Virus record (IMG/VR): IMGVR_UViG_3300012920_009134
Location: 35,732-99,731 of that record
DNA from: a virus
Direction: 5' to 3' (one strand)
DNA: 64,000 bases
The notes under the pieces were generated by a model. It was not told the origin of the DNA, did no database searches, and saw only the letters and a list, made by a program, of their open reading frames with translations. Made by a program: the position numbers and the translations under genes. Below are positions 20,701 through 30,700 of the stretch, one piece after another (the first letter of the stretch is position 1; each line of letters opens with the position of its first letter).

Positions 20701-23242
20701 GAGAGATTACAGCGAAGTACTGAACTCAGGATATTCAGAAAATAAGTTTGAAACATTAAACATTATATCTAAAGTGAAGTCTGCTTTTCGAAGTTCGAAA
20801 TACGGCATGTCGACCCAAGGCACGGCCGCTCAATACAATTTCGCCAAAGCAGCGTACCAATCTTCCTCGGAAGTTTTACTGCATGATCAGTGGACAGATA
20901 CATTTTACCACTTTACTCAACCCAGAACTAATAATAGGGATGTTGCAGGCAGTGTTGTTTATGAGGAGGGTGACAAATACCAAGAGATGGTGTTGTCCCT
21001 GTATGTGAGTGAAGTGTTTTCTCCAACGACCGATATTTCTTATGAAGAGAGTCGCGTTGGAATATTAAACCTTGCAAGTAGCGGAATTGCTGCTGCTGAT
21101 GTATCGTTTCCAAACATAAATATTCCTGGTTTTGGTAACATTGACCTTGATCGCTCCGCAAACAATGAAAGTGATATTTTTTCAAAACAGGCAGAACTTT
21201 ATGACCATTTAAAAAATAACCTTAAAGTTGGGTGTCGTTTGATGTTTGGGCATAAGGTAAGAAGACAAGAGATTAATTTTCAAGGAGAGGGCGTCAATAG
21301 GATAGATCCAGAACATATATTCAAAAACTTCAAACTTAGGGATGGCACAACAGGCATGGGTTTGCCTGGAAAATCTGGATTGTTTTCAACTAAAAAAGCA
21401 TTCTTGGGACACGCGGACTCAGAACCGCTAATCCTCGGTGTTCAAGGTGAAGGGACTAGTTTAAATTCTAGATCTGCCTTTTATTCAAATGCAATGCAGG
21501 TGGTCGGATCGAGAAATGCGGGACTCTTTTCTACACATCTAAGTCCGGAAGTTGATGAAAAGAATAAGCGTATTGATGAACTCCTTGGTCAGATATCCAA
21601 TCTAGAGGAGACTATTGCTTCTTTGAGGGAGAGTTCTGCAAGACCTGCACCCAACACACCCAATATTCCTGGATTTGGGTTTCCAGGAAACAACTCCGGA
21701 CAAGGTGTTGATCTTGCTGCTGTTTATGAAAACGACCTTCAATCAAAAAAATCTGAAGTTCAAAGACTGGAAGATGAAATAAAAGAAATTGTATCTGTAA
21801 GAATCGCAACAGATGATGAAATAGATCTAATAACACCAACGATAGATGACGTCTTGGTTTATTCAATACCAATGGATGAATACGTTATAGACGTTGATTG
21901 TTTTGAAGAACTGTTTGCAGAGTTTGAAGAAAAAGAAAAAACCAAAGTAAGCAAAAGGATCGAACAAACAGAGCAGAGGTTGGAAGAACTTCAAGAGCAA
22001 AATGAGGAAGCATCAGAAGAGGCGCTAGAACAAGTTGTACTTGATTCTGAAGAAAGGTTGTCAACATTAAATGAAGAACTATCACACCTCCTATCTCTCC
22101 CACAATCCCAGCGAGATAGTTTTAGATCCTTGATATCTCTGAAACGAAAACAAATAGCAGATACTGAAGCAAGTTTGGCAGCAGTAAGAGTTAACCCACA
22201 AGCATTTTATGATCAGCAAACAACCGAAAGAATACAAGAGTTAACCGAGCAAAACAAAACATGGCAAGAAAGTGTGGAGTTTGAAGGATTTTTTCAGAGA
22301 GGGGAAAACCAAACTAGTACGACTGGGAAGGTTATTAGAAGAAATTTTCTAAGAAAGCATCTTTTTGAAAAGTACAATGACAAAATAGTTAGTGAGTTGT
22401 TGTCAATGAACAAGCAAGCAAGTGGAAAATGGGTTATTGACCCAGATGCTGATCCAATGAAACCACACAAGATGTTGTTTGACTTTTTGTTTCCTCTAGA
22501 CAGGTATGCCCCATTGCACTTTTTGCAGAATTTGGAAATATTTCAGAATGAAAAGGGCGATGTAAACATCTTAAAGGCAACAAAACTGTTTGTAATGCAG
22601 CATATGTTACAAATGCACGGCATAGGAAACACAGACCCCAAACCAGAAGATAGCGCCGTTGACGACTCTCACGCACTACTATCCCAAAACGTGGGAGCGA
22701 TGGAGTTAACGGCCTCTGAAATCATGAATATGATATGGGAAGCGATCTTAAACGCTGCAAAAGATGCAGCCTCTGCTGCTGTGAGAGAGATAGTCAGACT
22801 AGTAGATCCGGGATATAGAGATATGCGTAGAGGATATCTTAAGGATCCTTGCGCCATGAAAGAGGGTCTGAAAGATGGACTCGTTGGAAAACAGAGTATT
22901 AGGAGATATTCTGGCGGCAAACTTGACGAAGGTTTTGGCAAACGTCAGGGATGCAAGTATTTTATACCAGTTAATAACTTTCCTGTTGATCTTTTGGAGG
23001 GGTCATTCGAGTTGGACTTTAGAAGAGTTAGAGACGCATCTTTGAATTTTGCAGGGTTGTTGCAGAATAAAAAGAGAAGGTATGGGTTGCCACTTACCCC
23101 CATGAGCGGATTAGCGTTTGGAGTTCGGGAAGTCAAGGGTGAAAAACACAGCAAACTAAAGAGAGACAACAATTGTGAGGATGATTGTCAGACAAAGCCT
23201 ATAGTTAAACCAAAGGGCAAGTGTGAGGATACAGATACGTAA
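14702..23242 (+). CDS. Giant 2846-aa virion-associated protein, largely helical/coiled-coil, with possible N-terminal peptidoglycan-binding-like domain
   Basis: Uninterrupted ORF between spike and gp25-like genes; N-terminal GDEGAEVEILKMYLG...FD...IRIWQ...GYLGEFTYKAM. Confidence 0.5.
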   Translation: MANKEYIYTYTNTFYEVNGEPIKDQYSFNIPKRQGDEGAEVEILKMYLGIDSQPGQSSALFDAELINRIRIWQNDHLEDIAAESGANVRVDPSFGLFDIDLGVAFVLEEQGYLGEFTYKAMIRKGFAVAAKEYLESEYWARTYLEETVGGLMSSDYGFPTQNDAVQQEPRYANKSWIEYRYVTNYAANNVEGEISERLDILSEAARDAVNQVFDFYGKPKTWVVTGVTQKEMEGEFNYIANYQSLLKDQGRIVDKFREGQRFTFTVEDPGSVYEQLNGTKVDMLFGMDLSVNSGGVSDGFCIIKEISPPSLRPTSTYNITFWISRTFFEQIEGGSLTSGGTFDVTDPDVYREAAQIYSEKKRQAKELYKKAGRVVGDLNDPGKMAKQVDKFAKGQSRKATAAARNLGNNLWDQARSGTGGPSDFERQEATKEALEEAAFFGRDIPSSVRIELRDFKQMIDDVSAKLEEYHANIQKFKDENDTSKSQSRFEKSNRPIVPDLAPREEARKLREVYVALEDFMRVNGYRLAASAPDKQDNLVISFEPVRGVVYKPGIQDPSLSPNLDEVTVNPTETGVEEIIGFQISDIQYTVDVAEDSNRPLPSGRTRFNRDNGKRPFVYPSTMGYLAQLNDIAEWIQQNPCDDLEQGNPAVVFFARWHWPEISFNFTTKKSESIINLTEPSVTLTTRNERKGETKVRTVKNLVDLKEAAILTARDEIKEQKALLDENIKAIKESTLFEKKGKIINTADVYPDFGKIPCDIEKMWEEFLNQWDMRLVMCDLQKCIPQLPRFNLKFDWKLPTLPNIPTFDPMHFVLPQLRIAINDIIMSFICKLIQSILDTVRRPDCTELLAFGALVLDDVLAKVNAFRNERRARRKNPEEEQAVIDSVGQANEALNAMGVVGPELNSDTGDLLNAISAVLTPTELCSLFEGQASDNVLGIVLKVVQTSTSTLKEYLTTIDEVEKFFFTIGTVISPEICDAIKELSDIVISQELCTTDRDLRALLEDVGATPEQIRDEMSALDQKRKILNELSKKGDFSGLLPGMTPAQLAEAGLPGPYNNAFANKMVKYGAASIFTNLKTYYSIEAAAFPSKFIDEIFEMVEPGTAGFNPIHYAKYIYYKKLSDELADKLEENENYRPRRMGRLISAKESFIVPFVDFESGVTSSRPASEVYTQEYGVERMYLPFMRVMPVASSTDEGKVELSEFADLVEENVVGYMERYATTKLVVTQTLKNILDSDVSTMVRKFPSFDGALREFHVRLATERTEIEPFDLSGLSKASVGTSVGITDLSFFDSEVKDCYRFSYDIPGTREIITRIYNEKIPEEYVNFRSSGVDVLSSRHRDKLLRPGGFATLLIQKYTELAEGNPGPNTFTDYSDGNETNMLPKILGYIENPDMDAARAAFNAVLDEEEGNSLGELLLALIVGAIAAAGEILETSNGQPLYSSVVDSFNFQLSDITKNSRFFNVDAMLELEDSLSSEYNVDIDRECYVKNSSILDFQAMVERFAEKFNEKISEAKHDPSERDFNKMGPYEEAAIESLFKSYVDFYCLEIMFKNIFLLSEVGAKRIFKSEFVIDYIVDSIATEMQGSLFSRTNITKFNEILKSITKLDDPKESIKTLVVKNLDVEEMASFIDDIYQPKYSSFKERVYNELVDNMKDVPSTEDYPKVTVLTDISALSGPRDASRQAAFLENYGGFQDVPVSARLPNLYDKFKFKGYSEELIEKKINSGHFWVEKFYRIDNFASFRAKYNKIQEYVALNPAYNRLQPLSSLHKEYISPEDLEKMLFGYQSFDKLEEYNQTIENNLERIETEYKYIKTIFLALLSNFYTGSSYKKESLASKIMIDLGMAEMSAETATRKIRTWRQIESGVLHTVETVPYNDNQIETDLAYRNGNVDIEELYKRMKSRFEIGKAVANGQINGDNLISKSWDTIPDDNKHDTEFGTLAKHYDWVNYFDFLVRGATDLSVERKSQMIVDCLTRFVELSHNWVPRRQSSGNATDFSPVWRDYSEVLNSGYSENKFETLNIISKVKSAFRSSKYGMSTQGTAAQYNFAKAAYQSSSEVLLHDQWTDTFYHFTQPRTNNRDVAGSVVYEEGDKYQEMVLSLYVSEVFSPTTDISYEESRVGILNLASSGIAAADVSFPNINIPGFGNIDLDRSANNESDIFSKQAELYDHLKNNLKVGCRLMFGHKVRRQEINFQGEGVNRIDPEHIFKNFKLRDGTTGMGLPGKSGLFSTKKAFLGHADSEPLILGVQGEGTSLNSRSAFYSNAMQVVGSRNAGLFSTHLSPEVDEKNKRIDELLGQISNLEETIASLRESSARPAPNTPNIPGFGFPGNNSGQGVDLAAVYENDLQSKKSEVQRLEDEIKEIVSVRIATDDEIDLITPTIDDVLVYSIPMDEYVIDVDCFEELFAEFEEKEKTKVSKRIEQTEQRLEELQEQNEEASEEALEQVVLDSEERLSTLNEELSHLLSLPQSQRDSFRSLISLKRKQIADTEASLAAVRVNPQAFYDQQTTERIQELTEQNKTWQESVEFEGFFQRGENQTSTTGKVIRRNFLRKHLFEKYNDKIVSELLSMNKQASGKWVIDPDADPMKPHKMLFDFLFPLDRYAPLHFLQNLEIFQNEKGDVNILKATKLFVMQHMLQMHGIGNTDPKPEDSAVDDSHALLSQNVGAMELTASEIMNMIWEAILNAAKDAASAAVREIVRLVDPGYRDMRRGYLKDPCAMKEGLKDGLVGKQSIRRYSGGKLDEGFGKRQGCKYFIPVNNFPVDLLEGSFELDFRRVRDASLNFAGLLQNKKRRYGLPLTPMSGLAFGVREVKGEKHSKLKRDNNCEDDCQTKPIVKPKGKCEDTDT

Positions 23243-23628
23243 TGTATGGGATAGGACCAAAACTACCAATCAGATTTACTAAGCAGGGTACACCACTCAA
23301 TACGCTTACTATCAGAGAGAATACGCAACAAAATTTGAAAAACTTAATCTTAACTTCTCCTGGTGAAAGAATAATGGATATTGATTTTGGCGTTGGACTT
23401 AGAAGATATTTATTTGAAAACAACACCCCTGTTGTACGACAAAAACTAGAAAACAGAATAATCGAACAAGTTGAGAGGTATATGCCGTTTGTTAACATAA
23501 AAGGAATTGATGTTGTATATTCTGATAACAACCCGAATGTAATGGACATAAAATTAAGATATGGAATAAGTGGTATTGCTTCTGAGGAATTATTGTCTCT
23601 ATCACTAGATCCAAAAATAACTTCATAA
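23242..23628 (+). CDS. Baseplate wedge protein, gp25/GPW-like
   Basis: QNLKNLILTSPGERIMDIDFGVGLRRYLFE. Confidence 0.92.
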   Translation: MYGIGPKLPIRFTKQGTPLNTLTIRENTQQNLKNLILTSPGERIMDIDFGVGLRRYLFENNTPVVRQKLENRIIEQVERYMPFVNIKGIDVVYSDNNPNVMDIKLRYGISGIASEELLSLSLDPKITS

Positions 23629-23635
23629 CTATTTA
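23628..23635 (+). promoter_or_regulatory. Candidate late-promoter motif ACTATTTA
   Basis: In the spacer before the gp6-like gene; same core before several other genes. Confidence 0.45.
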
Positions 23636-23654
23636 ATATTGAGGAAAATCGCAA

Positions 23655-25442
23655 ATGGCCAAAAAGAAAATACCAATATCATATACAGACAGAGATTTTA
23701 ATTCGATAAAGAATTCACTAGTTGAGCATGCTAGGAGATATTATCCAGACACATATAAAGATTTTAACGAAGCATCTTTTGGTTCATTGATGTTGGATAC
23801 GGTCGCTTATGTTGGTGATGTGTTGTCTTTCTATTTAGATTATCAAGCAAACGAAAGTTTTTTAGAAACTGCAATCGAAAAAGAAAATATTATTAACCTC
23901 TCTAGGAACATGGGTTATCGGTATACTGATGCAGTTACTTCTTTTGGCGAATGTGACTTCTATATTACGATACCTGCTCTAAATGGAGCACCAGATCTTC
24001 AGTATGCACCAGTGCTTAAGTCTGGTGCAGAAATAACTAGCGAAACCGGCGGGAGATACACCTTAATAGAAGACATCAATTTTGCAGACCCTAATAATTT
24101 GGTTGTTGTTTCTAGTGTTAATGATTCAAACGGAGCGCCCTCTAACTATGCTGTGAAAGCAACAGGGATGATCAAGTCAGGATTTGTAGAGGAAAAATTT
24201 ATAGAAGTTGACGATTACGAAAGATTTAAGAAGATTAGAATAGAAGAAAGCAACATTTCAGAAGTTGAAAGTGTGGAAGATGCAGAAGGTCATGTCTACT
24301 ATGAGGTAGATCATTTATCACAAGATGTTATATATGTCAATGTTACAAATAGAAATCCAGATAAATTTAGAGTAAAGAATATACTAAAACCAATGTCAGT
24401 ACCGAGAAGGTATGTGGCGAATTACTTTCCGGGTGCAGTTGAGATTCAATTTGGCCAAGGCAGCGATTTAGAAATACTGTCGAGTTCTTATGTAGATCCT
24501 TCCAGTGTGGTTATGAAGCAGTTTGGAAAGCAGTACGTTTCAGATACATATTTGGATCCAACGAATTTCACCCAAACCGAGAAGATGGGGATATCCCCCT
24601 CTAATACAACTTTGTCTGTTAAACTTAGAAGAAATGAAATAGAGAATGTAAATGCTCCTGCCGGTGCGATAACAACTGTTATTCAGGCCGAGTTTGAATT
24701 TGAAGACGAAAACAGTTTATCTGCTGCCAGCGTAGAGGGGGTTAGAAACTCGATCGAGTGTGAAAATGAAAACCCAGTTGTGGGGGATCTATCCTTACCC
24801 GAAGAGGAGGAGATAAAGATAAGGGCAATGAACTCGTTCTCCTCGCAAAACAGGGCAGTTACGATGCAGGATTACGTCGCTATGGCATATGCGATGCCTT
24901 CAAGGTTTGGAGCAATAAAAAGAACGAGAGTAGAAGTTGATAAAGATTCATTTAAGAGAAACCTGAATATGTACATTATGGCAGAAGATGAGAATGGAAA
25001 ATTGATACCTGCTAGTATCACACTTAAAAACAACCTCAAAACTTGGGTGACAAACTATAAGATGATGGCCGACACCTTCGACATACTCGATGCTCGAATA
25101 TTAAACTTGGGAATTGATTATACAGTGGTAGTTGCTGACAACGTCTCTAGTGTTGAGACTATTGCTTTGTGCAATGCAGAGTTGGAGGAACTCTACAAGA
25201 TTCATCCTGAAATAGGGGAGTCTTTAATGATTAACGATATCTACAAAACATTAAACCAGTTAGATCAAGTGGTTGATGTGACGGATGTTACAATAAGAAC
25301 AATAACGGGAGGGCAGTATTCTACAGTGCCATACAACATAGATGAAAACTTGAGTTTGGATGGTCGTGTATTGATGATGCCTTCTGATTTTGTTTATGAG
25401 ATTAAATTTCCTATATCGGATATTAGAGGTTCTGCGACATGA
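23655..25442 (+). CDS. Baseplate wedge protein, T4 gp6 / baseplate-J-like
   Basis: DFNSIKNSL, DFNEAS.G..MLD..AYVGDVLSFYLD, ESFLETA, IQFG.G, QNRAVTMQDY. Confidence 0.92.
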   Translation: MAKKKIPISYTDRDFNSIKNSLVEHARRYYPDTYKDFNEASFGSLMLDTVAYVGDVLSFYLDYQANESFLETAIEKENIINLSRNMGYRYTDAVTSFGECDFYITIPALNGAPDLQYAPVLKSGAEITSETGGRYTLIEDINFADPNNLVVVSSVNDSNGAPSNYAVKATGMIKSGFVEEKFIEVDDYERFKKIRIEESNISEVESVEDAEGHVYYEVDHLSQDVIYVNVTNRNPDKFRVKNILKPMSVPRRYVANYFPGAVEIQFGQGSDLEILSSSYVDPSSVVMKQFGKQYVSDTYLDPTNFTQTEKMGISPSNTTLSVKLRRNEIENVNAPAGAITTVIQAEFEFEDENSLSAASVEGVRNSIECENENPVVGDLSLPEEEEIKIRAMNSFSSQNRAVTMQDYVAMAYAMPSRFGAIKRTRVEVDKDSFKRNLNMYIMAEDENGKLIPASITLKNNLKTWVTNYKMMADTFDILDARILNLGIDYTVVVADNVSSVETIALCNAELEELYKIHPEIGESLMINDIYKTLNQLDQVVDVTDVTIRTITGGQYSTVPYNIDENLSLDGRVLMMPSDFVYEIKFPISDIRGSAT

Positions 25443-27721
25443 GTATAAAAAGATTTTTTGCAAATGCAGACAATACAATTACGAATGCTTTCGCTTCAAA
25501 CCTCACAACGAGAGGTACAGGTTCTAATATGGGTGCTTCTGATATTTTAGAAGTATTTTCAATATATGGACAAGGGTCTAGTACATCTCTTGAAAAAGCA
25601 AGATCATTAGTTCAGTTTGATGTGTCAAAAATCAAAGCAGCGCGAGATGCTGGTACCATCGCACAATCTGGCAGTGTTAAATTCTTTTTGAGACTTTATA
25701 ATGCAGAGCACGGACAAACCTTGCCAAAAAACTATTCTTTATCTGTGCTACCAATATCCCAGTCATGGAGCGAGGGTTCTGGATTAGATATGGAAGAATA
25801 TTCAGATTTGGACATATCTAACTGGATTTTTGCAAGTGATACAAAGGTGGCAGACGTTACCGATGTCAAGTTTGTATCAACCACTCCGTCTGACTATGAT
25901 GGTAAATATTTCATTTTGCAGGTTGTTAATGATGACAAAACAAAAACAAGATTGAACTTTTGGTTTGATGACGACGGTGCAGGTTCGGCACCAAATGTAG
26001 ATGGTACTGAAGTTGAAGTTCAGATAAATCAGGCAAATGCAAACACTGTAAAGAGATTTGCAAGAGAAGTTAAAGTGGCAGTAGATGCTTTGGCAAGTAC
26101 AAACCTTTCTGCGTCTATATCAGAAGATGACACAGGGGATGCTACCGGCGCTACAGTTAGATTAACCAATACCGTAGTAGGCGGAACCTCTGGATCCTTT
26201 ATTCCAACTGTTCATAATGATGGAAATGTTTTTACTTTAACAATAGACCAAAGGGGTGGACCAAAGAGATGGTCTGCTTCTGGTGGTGACTATCATGAAG
26301 TAACTTACGTTCCAACAAAAACACTTCCAAATTATACCTATGCTATTAATGATGGAACTGAAGATATTGAATTGAATGTAACGGCACTCGTGGAAGAGTG
26401 GATACTAGCGGAGTCCACTGTAGACCCAGACAGAGAAAACTACGGCGTCATGATAAAGATGGCGGATCAGTTTGAGGATGGAAGTCAAAAAAGATCATAT
26501 TACACAAAAAAGTTTTTTGCAAGAGGTACTGAGTTCTTCTACAAGCGACCTTGCATTGAAGCAAGATTTGATAATCACATTGGCGATGATAGAGCAAACT
26601 TTTACAAGAGTTCTTCTTTAGCGACTGGACCTGAGAACCTAAACAAACTCTATATGTACAACTACACGAGACGTGGTTTGACTAACATGCCGACCTTAAA
26701 GACAAACTCTGATGGCACAGACCAGACAACTGGAGAATCTTTAATCAAAGTCAGATTATACCCAGATCAGAAGAGTTCGACAAAAGCACTTGTCTTGCCT
26801 ATTGGCGGCGGCGTAACAGATGGTCGAGCAAAAACAAAGATAACAGTATCAGGCAATCCGGGCAATGGTGAAACTTTTGTGGTTACTGATTATGAAGGTA
26901 CCGCTGTGACTTTTACAATCAACACAGCATCTGATAGTGTTGCCGATGGTGTTGTTGGGATACAATCCAATACAGGTAACAACACTCAGATAGCAGGAAA
27001 AATAAAGTTGTCCATCGAAGCAACGGCGTTGAAAGTGACAGTTACAGATAATAACGACGGAACAGTAGACATTGTACAGAACGCTATTGGAACTGATGGT
27101 AACAAGGCACTAAGTATGGCGGGTGTCACTAATGTGGCAGCAGAAAACAACGCTTTTACAACGGGACACGCTCAGGATTTCGCCGTAGGGTATCTGCACG
27201 AAACTGGAATCTACAGTGCATCTCTAGCATTTACAGGTTCTCAAACAAAAGTTTTTGATGTTTGGTCGGACTTAAGTGACAATCAACTGTTCACAGGTTC
27301 TGCAATATATACCAAGGAACATAAACCATTGCCGTTTAGCAATGCTGATGAAGAGTACGTTGTCTCCATTGCAAATTTGAAACCGTACTACAGAACAAAA
27401 GATAAACCATGTTTAAGAGTTAATATAAGAAAAAAAGATTATCAACCGAATATTTATACAGTAGCTAGTAACAAAATACAAAACGAAGTATTGTATAATG
27501 TATACTACAGGGCGTATAGAATAGTTGATGAAGAGGAAGTAATATCATATGGATCAGGAAGCATTCCACATACAAAGATGTCATATGACTCTAGTGGAAG
27601 TTACTTCAAGGTAGATATGTCACTTTTTGAACCAGGTTATATGTACGCTTTAGAAATATCAACTGACTCTTACGAACAGAATATTGTTAACAAGAGTGAG
27701 TTCAAATTCAGAGTTGAGTAG
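25439..27721 (+). CDS. Baseplate/structural protein with DNRLRE (CBM96-like) domain and two inserted modules
   Basis: ADNTI..N.GASD.LEV..ARSLVQFDVS..LRLY..ISQSWSEG..W..GGD..NVTALVEEW..NYGVMIK..FFA..P.IE. Confidence 0.65.
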   Translation: MSIKRFFANADNTITNAFASNLTTRGTGSNMGASDILEVFSIYGQGSSTSLEKARSLVQFDVSKIKAARDAGTIAQSGSVKFFLRLYNAEHGQTLPKNYSLSVLPISQSWSEGSGLDMEEYSDLDISNWIFASDTKVADVTDVKFVSTTPSDYDGKYFILQVVNDDKTKTRLNFWFDDDGAGSAPNVDGTEVEVQINQANANTVKRFAREVKVAVDALASTNLSASISEDDTGDATGATVRLTNTVVGGTSGSFIPTVHNDGNVFTLTIDQRGGPKRWSASGGDYHEVTYVPTKTLPNYTYAINDGTEDIELNVTALVEEWILAESTVDPDRENYGVMIKMADQFEDGSQKRSYYTKKFFARGTEFFYKRPCIEARFDNHIGDDRANFYKSSSLATGPENLNKLYMYNYTRRGLTNMPTLKTNSDGTDQTTGESLIKVRLYPDQKSSTKALVLPIGGGVTDGRAKTKITVSGNPGNGETFVVTDYEGTAVTFTINTASDSVADGVVGIQSNTGNNTQIAGKIKLSIEATALKVTVTDNNDGTVDIVQNAIGTDGNKALSMAGVTNVAAENNAFTTGHAQDFAVGYLHETGIYSASLAFTGSQTKVFDVWSDLSDNQLFTGSAIYTKEHKPLPFSNADEEYVVSIANLKPYYRTKDKPCLRVNIRKKDYQPNIYTVASNKIQNEVLYNVYYRAYRIVDEEEVISYGSGSIPHTKMSYDSSGSYFKVDMSLFEPGYMYALEISTDSYEQNIVNKSEFKFRVE

Positions 27722-27723
27722 GT

Positions 27724-30700
27724 ATGAGTCTTAAAAGTTTATTTGGTAAAGATAAAAAAACAACTAATATATCGTCTTTAGTTTCTTTTGAAGGCGCACT
27801 AGATGATGTCGAGTCCGTTGGGTATATCGAACAGTTCATAAGGGACAGGAAAAGATATAAGACTCACACTGATTATTTAACAGCGTCAAACTTTTGTGCA
27901 TACGGATCACTTGAGGAGTACTACAGGTCGGGTGTAGATCGTATAATCAATACTTATCCATATGACGGATCCCTAAAAGAAAAACTTCAGTGGTTTAATG
28001 ATTCGAGTGGTTTTGATTTGCATTTGTTCGAAAATGAATACCCAAGAACGAACGGATATATTCAATTGGGGTCAGGAAACTGGGGAGATGTATCTTCAAC
28101 CTCTGGTTCGTACGGAAATCCACTGACTAAGGAATACATCTTCATAAAGGGTGGCCCGAATGTTGGTAATGTATATGCCACTGCATCTCATCAAACTTCA
28201 AATCTTGAGATCAATGGTCGCACTGGAAACACTGTAGAGTTCTGGTTAAAGAAAGGTTCTTACGAAACAGCAAAAACGAGCAGAGAAGTAATCTTTGATA
28301 ACATCGCGTCGGGTTCTTATGAGAGTCTGTCAAACGCTCAGTACGGAAGATTGACGATTGAGTTAGACAACACTGATAATACAAAATCCCCATTCCTTTT
28401 GACATATAGATCTGGTTCTGATGGTTTTTCTCAACAAAGGGTTGGCGCAACACAACTTTATGCCAGTGCATCAGATGATAGTTGGCACCATTATGCTTTT
28501 TCATTTAAAAATGTTAATAGCAAGGTTAGGGTCAGCACGTTTGTCGATGGTGTTTTAAATGAGACAATAGAGGTTGGAACATCAATAGGTGCAAGAAACA
28601 ATACTATGGTTGCATCTATAGGCGCACTTGTGGCAGCATATGATGCGGCCGCCGCAAGTTCAGACGCCCCTGGTCAGGGACACGGCAAGTTATCTGGATA
28701 TTTAGATGAGTTTAGGTACTGGAAAAAAGAAAGAACTGCAAAGGACGTAGGTAGGTTTTGGTTCACCCAAGTCGGCGCTGGTTCCAACACAGACACTGCA
28801 AATAGTTCTCTGGGTTTTTATTACAAATTTAACGAAGGAAAAGTTGGAAAAACCAACATCGATAAAAGAATTTTAGACTACAGCGGCCGCGTATCTAACG
28901 GACTTTGGGTAGGATATACTGACACTGGAAGATATAACAACTCTGCAATGATAGAAGCATCAGCGTCTTTATCTGAGTTTAAAGATCCCATTATATACAT
29001 AGAACACCCAGAGGTATCATCATTCAGACAAGATGCTTTGGAGCGCGGTTATGCTTACGACTTAGAGAACGCATCTAGCATGTACTACTCTTACCCTGAT
29101 TGGATTGTGGACGAAGACGGACAAGGTAGCGAAGATTTAAAAAGAGTCACTCAGGTAGTTGCTAGTTACTTCGATAGTCTATTCCTTCAGATTAAAGATT
29201 TAGGTGAGTTGCGTCATATAAAGTATCATGACTTTGAAGACAAACCTTATCCATTTAACAATATCAAACTAGAGTCTCTAGGTCTTGTAACTCCGGAACT
29301 ATTCATGGATGCAAGCAATCTCAATATTCTTGCCAATAGGGATGAAGATAAAGACTTTAAGCAAGATACAGCAGACATAAAAAACTTTATTTATAACAAC
29401 ATCTATAACAATCTTGAATCAATATTCAAATCTAAAGGAACAGAAAAATCATTCAGAAACCTCTTTAGATGCTTTGGTATAGACAATGAGTTAATAAAGA
29501 TAAATCTATATTCGACAGATTCAACATACCCCATTGAATCAAGTTATCAAGCATCATCTGTAAAAACAAAGTATGTTAATTTTGCAGATGCAATAAATAA
29601 AAAAGGGTCAGTGTATCAGACCAAAGATGGACTAGAGGGCGAATATAGACTGGTCGATGCGCGAGGATTCCTAAAAGGAACCGATGGTGCAGTTACGGAT
29701 GAGGATGCTATTCACATAGGTTTTACAACAGAGACACAGGTTTTTCTTCCAAGACTTTACTCAATCAATCATCCGTTTCATTTCCCAACAGAAATAAGTT
29801 CAAGTATTTTTGGTTGCCATAGAGTCGTCGACGAAAACGACGATGAAAATTTAAATTGGCAATCAACAGCGACAAATGATCACTCATTCCAGGTTTATGT
29901 AGCAAAAGAAAAACTCGGATCTAGAACGGGTAGATTCGTTTTAAAGACTCGCTCTGGTGATTTTGCTGCAATGGAATCTGAGAACATAGTGGACTTGTAC
30001 AATTCTAATCGATGGAATCTTGCAGTTCGTTTAGCAAATACGGCCGGTGCCCCAGTAAGTGGTTCAACTTATGAGATGCAGTTCTATGGAGTTAATACAA
30101 TATCCGACTCTATAAATCAGTCATTCTATGTTGCAGAAGCAATCAGCGAAGTAGATGCTAAGAACTTCATGAAATATTCAAAGAGATTTTATGTAGGCGC
30201 TGAGAATGAGAACTTTATAGGAGATATGCACTACAACTCAGACGTAAAGGTTTCTAACTTTAGGGTGTGGTTGGATACATTATCTAATGAGGAAATCAAT
30301 GCTCATGCCATAGATCCGAGATCATATGGCCTGTCATCTCCTTCTGCACACATAAATCCTCTACAGGAACTCGGTGATGCACCAACAAAAAGAATCGACC
30401 GCTTGGCGATTAACTGGGATTTTTCAAACTTAACAGGATCAACTTCGAATGGTGACATGTGGGTTACTGATGTGTCTTCTGGGTCTATCGAAGATCAACA
30501 TACTTTTGGTAAACTAGCACCTATCACAAGAAGACTACATCCAGGCAAAGGTATAAACTTTGCGTCAGCAACTACATCAAGTGTGGACGTTGAGTACGAT
30601 CAGGCAGCAAGACTACAAACGTTTGAAAATGTAAAAGCAACCGATATGGTAAGCATTTTATCCAACGATGACATTACATTTACCAGAGAAACTAAACCGA

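Noticed and set aside
14702-23242. Tape-measure protein call
   Set aside because: No periodic Ala/Gly/aromatic repeats and no adjacent tube or chaperone genes; left unassigned.
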